From the NCBI GenBank assembly GCA_002269645.1, contig NIVC01000254.1, positions 62,001 to 126,000 of the forward strand: 64,000 nucleotides of DNA. Direction: 5' to 3'. Of the stretch, positions 46,730-64,000 are shown piece after piece (the stretch's first letter is position 1; each line of letters begins with the position of its first letter). Both the position numbers and the translations under genes were made by a program. Origin of the DNA: Macrostomum lignano (taxonomy: Eukaryota). The notes beneath the pieces were generated by a model, which had not been told where the DNA came from, searched no databases, and saw only the letters and a program-made list of their open reading frames with translations.

Positions 46730-47761
46730 ATGGCAGACCTCGTTGACCTTGACGTTGATTCACTATTTGGCGATGTAGCAGCTGGCAACGATGGCGTCGA
46801 TGACGAGCTGCTGGAAGAAGCCGGCGAAGACGACGTTGAAGGCCAGGAAGGCCCTGCCGCGGCCAATTCCACCCAGGTCGGTGGCGCGGCAGACGAAGCC
46901 GAAGACGTGGAGATGCTGGAACGCCTGAACAAGCTGGCCAAGGAGGGCGCCGCCAAGCGGAAAGGCCCGAAACAGCCGCAGCTCCGGCTTGACGCCAATC
47001 GCCTGCTAGGGGACCGCGGCCTGCCCTGCCTGCTCGAGGCCATGCAGAAAGCCCCGGTCACCGGTAAGCCCGGCCGCGAACTGGACGATCTGAACTCGAT
47101 TATGCGCGCCTACGAGCTCTGGCTGCACCGACTGCATCCGCGATTCGCCTTCGACGACGCCGCTGAACGACTCGAACGTCTTGGCCGCCAGATGCCAGTG
47201 AGGAATGCGTTGAAGCGAATGCGGGCGGGACTGCCGCCCAATGCTCAGACAGGCCTGTGCGGAGGAGAGGCTGAGGACGATGAAGAGGCTGATGATGAGG
47301 CTCGGATCGCTGCCGCGCCGCCGTCTAAGAAATCTGTCGATAATCGCTCTGGGGATGACAGCGAGTCGGCTGTGGCAGGCGTTGATGATGATCGAGCAGA
47401 TTCCGCTTGCGATCAGCCGGCAGCTGCTGACAGCGATAGCGGAGAGTCCTTCGACTTGCAGCAGCAGCAGCAGCAGCAGGAGCCTCAGTCGCCGACGAAG
47501 ACTGCAAAAGATGATTCCTCATCAAATGTTGAGGATGCAGATAGCGATGCGGAAGAGGAACTGGAAGCGTTTGATAAACCAACTTCGACTCAGAATCCGA
47601 GTCAGAGTCAGAGAGGTCGCCGAGCTCAACTAGTCGACTCGGATGATGATGAGGCCGAGGTTGACGACACTGAGAAATCGACCGGCTCGGACGGAGAAGT
47701 CCCGACGGATCAGGGTAAGAGTCGGCGGCGACCAGCTGTGATTGACTCCGACGAGGACTGA
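46730..47761 (+). CDS. TIPIN: TIMELESS-interacting protein (Swi3/Csm3 family), single coding exon
   Basis: Swi3 domain LRLDANRLLGDRGLPCL...GRELDDLNSIMRAYELWLHRLHPRFAFDDAAERLERLG, flanked by acidic disordered arms. Confidence 0.9.
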   Translation: MADLVDLDVDSLFGDVAAGNDGVDDELLEEAGEDDVEGQEGPAAANSTQVGGAADEAEDVEMLERLNKLAKEGAAKRKGPKQPQLRLDANRLLGDRGLPCLLEAMQKAPVTGKPGRELDDLNSIMRAYELWLHRLHPRFAFDDAAERLERLGRQMPVRNALKRMRAGLPPNAQTGLCGGEAEDDEEADDEARIAAAPPSKKSVDNRSGDDSESAVAGVDDDRADSACDQPAAADSDSGESFDLQQQQQQQEPQSPTKTAKDDSSSNVEDADSDAEEELEAFDKPTSTQNPSQSQRGRRAQLVDSDDDEAEVDDTEKSTGSDGEVPTDQGKSRRRPAVIDSDED

Positions 47762-48425
47762 TCGCGTTGTTGATAAAAAAATTAGTAGAAAGACCTTCTA
47801 CTTTGATTTGCTCATGTATTGGCATACTACTGTAATAATCTGTATTAGTAGTGTGCGCGGCATTTAAGTAAACTTTTTTTAATCATGATGGTAGCAAGCA
47901 TTTATTGAACTCTGGCTGCTTAGACTGGTCACGCTTCTACGATACTCTGTCTATCAACTATAGTGATGGTTGAACTTCATAAGTTTTTAAGCAATAAAAT
48001 ACACCAGTTTATGCCGCCTCTGATAGGCCAAAAATAAAGCTTTTTTTTCTAAAAGTTACCATTTCCTCGTTCTTGTAAATCATCTCATGACTAATTACGG
48101 TGTTTTGGAGTCAGTCATTTAGCAGCTCGATATTTTGTAGTATTTAACAAAAGCCAATTTCCTGATCTAATTTTAAAGCGTTTTAACAAAATTGTAGATT
48201 TGAAAAACACACTTCATTTAATAATGCGGTGTCTGTTTAGATTCAAAAACGAAACTTATAGTTTTAAATACAGAAGTGCACGTCTGTCGGGTGGTTAACT
48301 TGTTGCTGACAAAAGGATGGCAGCGGTGTCTTGGAATTTTTGTTATTGAAAAGAAAACAAAAGCAATAAATGATTCACGGATGCCGTCTCGGGTGGGGGA
48401 GTTCGGAAGGAAACAGAAAACAGAG

Positions 48426-51400
48426 TTAGCAGCGCCGGCAGCAGTAGCCGGCCGCTCTGTAGCAATTGGGCATCGCGCACCGATTCCTGCAGCAGTTCGC
48501 CGGAGGACACGGCGGGCAGCAGTAGATGACGGTGGGCTGCGGCGGCAGCGATATCGACCTCGCAACCGGTTCCAGCCGGCTCGATCGCCGGCGTTTCCGT
48601 CGACGTTGTTGCGGTTTAGTCACAGCAGGGACCGGCGCTCGGGCGGCCACCGACTCTTTGGGTTTCGACGCTCTATTCGATAGGTGTGGCTTGGGCTGCT
48701 GCTGAGGCTCCTGCTCGCGCACCTGCTCCAGCGCCATTACGCCTTCGCTATCGCGGCGCTTCTCCTCGGGCTTCGGCAGCTCGTCGCCTGTCATGGGAGC
48801 GACTTCGTTGTGGTCTGGCTCCTTGTGCGACCGTCGGAGCTGTTCTCCGAGGCTTTCCTGCTGCATCACGGGCGCCACGTCGTCATCTTCGTCCAAGTCT
48901 GAGACGGGAGCGACAGGGGCGACCTGGCCAGTCTCTTTGTTCTCGCGTCGCTTTCTGCGCTCTTCGTTCTTTCGCTGGGCGCGACTTTTGCAGGCTTCGA
49001 TGTCCTCCACTGACAGAGTGTCCTCTGGCTTAATCTGCACAGCGCCGCCCTCGGTAGCTGGTAGTCGGCTGACCGACTTTACCAGCGCCCTCTTTTCCTG
49101 CGCTGCAGCGGTTGGCTTCTCGTCTTTGAATTTTGAGGTAGCAGCTGCGCCCGGCTTGCTAGCCTCCTTTTTCGCGTGGTCCGACGCCGAGTCGGGCGCT
49201 TCCGCCTCGGCTTTTTTCTGCTTCATCTGGTCCTGATGCTGGAAGAATCTGCGAGCCAGCAGTTGCACTTTGCCGCCCGTCTCTGGTCGAAGCGCGTATG
49301 AGCCTTGAGGCGGCTGGGTACTTCGCGTGTCCGAATCTGTGTCCCGCGTATCGTCAAGAACGCCGCGATGCTCGGAGTCCTGCGTGTACGAGTCCGGCAC
49401 CGCCTTGTTGTGTTTGCTGCGCCAGCTGTGCCGCTGAGTAGGCGCTGTCGTTGTCGGCTCCTCATCGCCTTCCAGCGGCTGCTGTAATCCGGTTTGCTCG
49501 CCAGCAATGCCCAACTTCATACTCTTGTTGAGACTTTTCACCCTCAGTGCCGGCTGTACATCAGTATCTGTGTTGTCTCTCAAAACGTTTTTCGACTGTA
49601 ATTTTTGTTGCTGAATCGCCGATGCTTCAGTTGCGTCCGTCGACTCGATGTCTTTGTCTGACGTCTCGGCATCGAGCTGACTTGCGTCAGAATCAGCGTG
49701 CGCTAACAGTTTAGCTGCGTCAGCAGCCTTGTTCGAATCCTGAAATCTCGAATCTACATTCTCGTTTTCACCGGCTTTTGTCTCAGCTGCAGACTTGATT
49801 GACTTTTCCGATTGTCTGCGAGGTCGACTCGATGGATTCTCATCTGCGCCAGAGTTCAGTGTTCTCGGCGGTTCGTGAGCCTCGTCTTCATCGTCGCCAG
49901 AATGATTGTCCGGATTTCTGGACAGATGGGATGCTATGGAAAGCTTAGACGGTCTTCGGCTTTGCTTTCGTCTAATTCGACGCCGCCTGTCCTCGTCCCA
50001 GTTTTCATCGTCGTCCGAATCCAGAACCACCGGCTTTGGAGCCTCTGGCAGCTTGAACATCTTTGGCTCACTTTTTCGCCCCTCGTTTTCGTCAGTGTTG
50101 GTGTTCTCATCGCTCGGGCTTGGGTACTGCGCCTGTACAGGCCGCCCTGACCATTCTTCAGGCATCGAGTCCATACCATTGTCTGTTGAAGTCGGCCTTG
50201 CAGCTGCTCTGTTGCCAACGAATCGACTGCTTTCTGGCAGGTATTTGTTTCCTCGGTCTGCTTCAGACGGAGAACTGCTGCTTTTAATCGGCATCGGTCT
50301 GCTCTGGTCATAGTTATCCAATTCGCTGTCATTTCCAACTGAACGTCTTGGATTCGACCTTGGCAAACCCATGGGGTTTTCGGATTGCTTTTCGGAATGT
50401 CGCTTTGATCTGTTTTGGTCAGCATAGTCCATTTCGTCTTCGTTTCCAACTGAATGCCTTGGTTTGAATCGAGGCCTTCTCTCGAGAACTTCGACTTGCT
50501 TTCCAGTGTAAACTTGTGGCTTGCTTTCCTCATCATCATCCGCCAGTTCAACATCGTTTGTAGCTGACCGCCTAGGGTAGGACTTGGTGCCTTCAACTGA
50601 CTTTTCTGATTGTCTCCTCTGTCTGCTCTGGTCAGCGTAGTCCATGTCATCCTCGTTGCCAAAGGAGCGTCTATCAGGAGCAGCTCTGTTGCTACCGGGT
50701 AAGTGTTTTTCCGAGTTCACTCCTGGATATTTGTTTTCGCCTTGGTTTATTACTGAGGACCGTCGGGAGCTAATGCGATTCTGCATCTCAGGATTCGTTT
50801 GCTCAAATCTGTCCTTATCTGACGGGGATGTCGGGGGCGGGCCCTCGCTTTTTCTTTGCTGAGCCAGCCGCTTCTGCCTTTTGATTTCCAACTGTTCTTC
50901 CTCGCCGCCGCTCTCTTCGCTGCTTGAGAAACTGACGTCCACCTCCATAGCGCTTCTCACGTTATAGCCTTTTGATGAGTCATCTGAGTCCCTCTGCGAT
51001 TCTTCTAGCAGCCGACTGAGGCCCATGCCGATCGGGCGACCGCTGGAGGATGACATGATCAAAGCGGGCGAATGTCTCCGTCTGGAATCCATGCGCTCGC
51101 ACGATCTGGACCGGATCCTATGGCCATGTAGTGGACTTTTTGCAGCCGGCATTCTAGCGAGATTTTCGGCCGCTAATTTTAGTCGGCCGTGTTTTGCATG
51201 AAAACTCAAATAGCTGCAATCTTTCTGATGTTGCAGTTGTCTGCTGCCATCGCCCGTGTCTCGCTGTTGCTGAGGTCTGTCATAATCCACGCGACTCCTT
51301 AGACGCCGTCCCGTTTCCTGCACCGGTGATTCGTCGGTCTCACCTGAGCCTCCTCGACTTTGTACGTTTTGAAGAGTTAGATTAACAGCTGCATTGTCCA

Positions 51401-52760
51401 CTAGCTGCATCAGGGATGATTGGTTCCTGAAAGCGTCACCGATCTCACGTGCCTGCCAGTTGCTCCGTGCTCCTCTACAGCTCTTTTGTCTTTGCTGCTG
51501 CGGTGAATTCTCCGATCGTGAAGATACGTCACTGTCAATTTCAGACTCAGACATTAGAGCCAATTGCCTTTTTGTTTTTTGCTCTCTCCTTACTAGTCTG
51601 TCTTCCTTGTCGCTCACTCGCAGTCGCTCATAGTCAGCTTGCTGCTTCAGTGACTCCAGTTTTTTAATTAGCAATAATTTATCCAACCGATCCTTTTCTT
51701 TGGCAGATTTACTGCGCATTTCGTGGAGCATTTGGTCCAGCGTATCGGTTTCTAGAACAGACTTGCTAAAATTGCGGCTCTGTTGGTCAGACTTCTGCGT
51801 CTGATGCACTCTGCTCTGCTTTTCTACCGGGCGCAGCTGCTGACCAGTCTCTACCTGAAAACGCGCGGTGTCCAATTTAGGATTGCATTCTTCTTCATCC
51901 AGTTGCGAGTTCAAATTTAGTTCCAGAGCCAACTGCTGGATGGCATCTTGCCGTTGCTTCAGACGTTTTTCCAGCTCTGCATTTCGTTGTCGCTGAAGCT
52001 CCAACTCTTGACGAGCCTGGGTTAGCTGCAGCTCAATGTCCTTCTCCACTTGAGCTTTCAACATCTGACTGCGGTCCTTCTCCTGCTGTTGAGATTGGTA
52101 CAACTGTTGAAGCTCCAACTCTTTGTCAGCGAGAAGTTTTTGTCGGAAATCGTAATTTTGTGGAGTCGATGCTTGCTCGCTTTGAACTCCTTCAACTACC
52201 AATTTGTTCCATGCTCCATCTTGCTTTTCTTGACTGCATAAATCATTGTGTTGTTTTGATAGGCATTTAAGCCTCTCCAACTCGTTTCCCATGGGGCTAT
52301 ACATGTAATTCTGAGGTTTGCTTGGTTTAAAATTCTGTAGAGGCACAGGCCGCAACGTTCGAGGCTCGCTTCTGACAATGTTAGACGATTCTTCCATAGA
52401 TTGATTTATAACTTTGGTGTCCGAATATTTACTATTTAAAACAGGTGCCACCAGAGTAGAGGCAGTCTTGCTTGGTGTGGCAGCACCACCTGACATTGGG
52501 ACGTAATTTCCAGGTCCACAGTTGATCATCTGGTCGTCCCGCCTGGCCACAAGTGGCCGAAGTTGTCTGTTTGGCCTGGCAGGAGCATAGCTGGTCTGAT
52601 TTACGTACTGTCCCGGCAAACTGGCATCCGGGTTGACGACTGACTTGGCAGTGTGCATTTCCCTGCTGTGGAGCTGCAGGCCGAGCATCTCCTGAAGCTG
52701 CCGCTGCTTGTTGCTATCTGTCTCCATCTGTTTGACGAAAGCAGCTGATTTGACTTTCAA
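48426..52760 (-). CDS. Large low-complexity protein (about 1430 aa): coiled coil, charged disordered middle, Cys-rich C-terminus; function unknown
   Basis: 4.3-kb open frame that is not a simple DNA repeat. First in-frame ATG at 52727; upstream in-frame stop at 52812-52814, so the start is either 52727 or an upstream exon. Confidence 0.8.
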   Translation of the reverse strand: MKVKSAAFVKQMETDSNKQRQLQEMLGLQLHSREMHTAKSVVNPDASLPGQYVNQTSYAPARPNRQLRPLVARRDDQMINCGPGNYVPMSGGAATPSKTASTLVAPVLNSKYSDTKVINQSMEESSNIVRSEPRTLRPVPLQNFKPSKPQNYMYSPMGNELERLKCLSKQHNDLCSQEKQDGAWNKLVVEGVQSEQASTPQNYDFRQKLLADKELELQQLYQSQQQEKDRSQMLKAQVEKDIELQLTQARQELELQRQRNAELEKRLKQRQDAIQQLALELNLNSQLDEEECNPKLDTARFQVETGQQLRPVEKQSRVHQTQKSDQQSRNFSKSVLETDTLDQMLHEMRSKSAKEKDRLDKLLLIKKLESLKQQADYERLRVSDKEDRLVRREQKTKRQLALMSESEIDSDVSSRSENSPQQQRQKSCRGARSNWQAREIGDAFRNQSSLMQLVDNAAVNLTLQNVQSRGGSGETDESPVQETGRRLRSRVDYDRPQQQRDTGDGSRQLQHQKDCSYLSFHAKHGRLKLAAENLARMPAAKSPLHGHRIRSRSCERMDSRRRHSPALIMSSSSGRPIGMGLSRLLEESQRDSDDSSKGYNVRSAMEVDVSFSSSEESGGEEEQLEIKRQKRLAQQRKSEGPPPTSPSDKDRFEQTNPEMQNRISSRRSSVINQGENKYPGVNSEKHLPGSNRAAPDRRSFGNEDDMDYADQSRQRRQSEKSVEGTKSYPRRSATNDVELADDDEESKPQVYTGKQVEVLERRPRFKPRHSVGNEDEMDYADQNRSKRHSEKQSENPMGLPRSNPRRSVGNDSELDNYDQSRPMPIKSSSSPSEADRGNKYLPESSRFVGNRAAARPTSTDNGMDSMPEEWSGRPVQAQYPSPSDENTNTDENEGRKSEPKMFKLPEAPKPVVLDSDDDENWDEDRRRRIRRKQSRRPSKLSIASHLSRNPDNHSGDDEDEAHEPPRTLNSGADENPSSRPRRQSEKSIKSAAETKAGENENVDSRFQDSNKAADAAKLLAHADSDASQLDAETSDKDIESTDATEASAIQQQKLQSKNVLRDNTDTDVQPALRVKSLNKSMKLGIAGEQTGLQQPLEGDEEPTTTAPTQRHSWRSKHNKAVPDSYTQDSEHRGVLDDTRDTDSDTRSTQPPQGSYALRPETGGKVQLLARRFFQHQDQMKQKKAEAEAPDSASDHAKKEASKPGAAATSKFKDEKPTAAAQEKRALVKSVSRLPATEGGAVQIKPEDTLSVEDIEACKSRAQRKNEERRKRRENKETGQVAPVAPVSDLDEDDDVAPVMQQESLGEQLRRSHKEPDHNEVAPMTGDELPKPEEKRRDSEGVMALEQVREQEPQQQPKPHLSNRASKPKESVAARAPVPAVTKPQQRRRKRRRSSRLEPVARSISLPPQPTVIYCCPPCPPANCCRNRCAMPNCYRAAGYCCRRC

Positions 52761-53597
52761 TTCACTAACTGCTGCCTTTGATATTTCTGATGAGCTGCTT
52801 TCACTGCAGCACTAGCCGACCGGGAATTAAAGAAGCTGAGACTTCTTGGCGTGGGCTTTTTAACGGCGAACTCTATGGCAGAAACTAAAACAAAATTGTT
52901 GACAGATATTTAAATCAATGGAGCCAAATTTAGCGTTGTTTTTTAGCTCGTAGTCGCACACGTTTATAAAAATATTCTGATAAAAAAACGATTCCATATT
53001 CAATTTTGTGGAGACAGTTCACGATATTGCAACAATTCTTTACTTTTAGTGACTATCTTCAAAAGAAACAGAATATCTGCAAAGCATTTAATGTTCAGTG
53101 ACTCTTGAATCAATAATATATAAGCCAATTTAAATCAACTCGTCCGTTGCAGATATATTTGTCAGAAAATTCATACAACACGATCGCAAAATAAATACAT
53201 TTTTTTGAATTGTCAAGAAAGTGACGTGAGAAAAAAGTTTCCAAAATAAGATCAGTGTATAGAAGAATGGTAATAACAAGCTCAAATAAATAATTCAATG
53301 TGATAGTTAAACAAATTGAAAAAATGTGACGCTGTTCAAATCGGCCTTGCGTGACATCAATGTTTAGTCGTGCTGCCAGTCGATTGCTAAATTAAAAGTA
53401 CATTTTACTAAACAGACTAGTACATGATTGATTGAATAATAAGAAGCTCACGTGAAGACGAAATTCAAGTCATAATAAATAAACATAGGTGAATACGCAA
53501 GGTTGCTTGCTACACAGTAAATTACTAGATTGATTTTTTGTGAAGTGTGTGACACAAAAAAGCTGATCAATATTCAAAATCCAGTTAGTATATTTTC

Positions 53598-63970
<10,373 letters not shown>

Positions 63971-64000
63971 AGTTTTAGCGCTCGGAATCAGGAGATACCC

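Noticed and set aside
48684-52241. Plus-strand ORFs opposite the 1444-aa frame and opposite the KY-like exon (58391-60605)
   Set aside because: Antisense shadows with no independent signals.

Overview
Eukaryotic (animal) genomic DNA with GT-AG introns and no prokaryotic features. The GC-rich exons, short introns and minisatellite-filled introns resemble a flatworm such as Macrostomum, but that is inference only. From left to right: (1) a small Helitron (83-885) abutting a young, nearly intact Ngaro-type tyrosine-recombinase retrotransposon (886-5440, minus strand, split direct repeats) with a canonical -1 slippery site at the gag stop; (2) a tandem cluster of three paralogous single-pass CUB-domain receptor-like genes (8168-13623 intact, 17337-23380 pseudogene, 29697-33510 intact), all ending in a 33-nt terminal coding exon that encodes ...VYVT-stop, interspersed with solo LTRs, a decayed Gypsy element, a truncated RTE LINE and MITEs; (3) a ZnT5/SLC30A5 zinc transporter with minisatellite-filled introns; (4) an intronless TIPIN/Swi3 homologue; (5) a roughly 1430-aa low-complexity protein in one large exon; (6) a KY/hillarin-type transglutaminase-like gene with an RS tract that may continue past the right edge. 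All gene models were spliced and frame-checked by hand. No database search was run, so family names come from recalled motifs.
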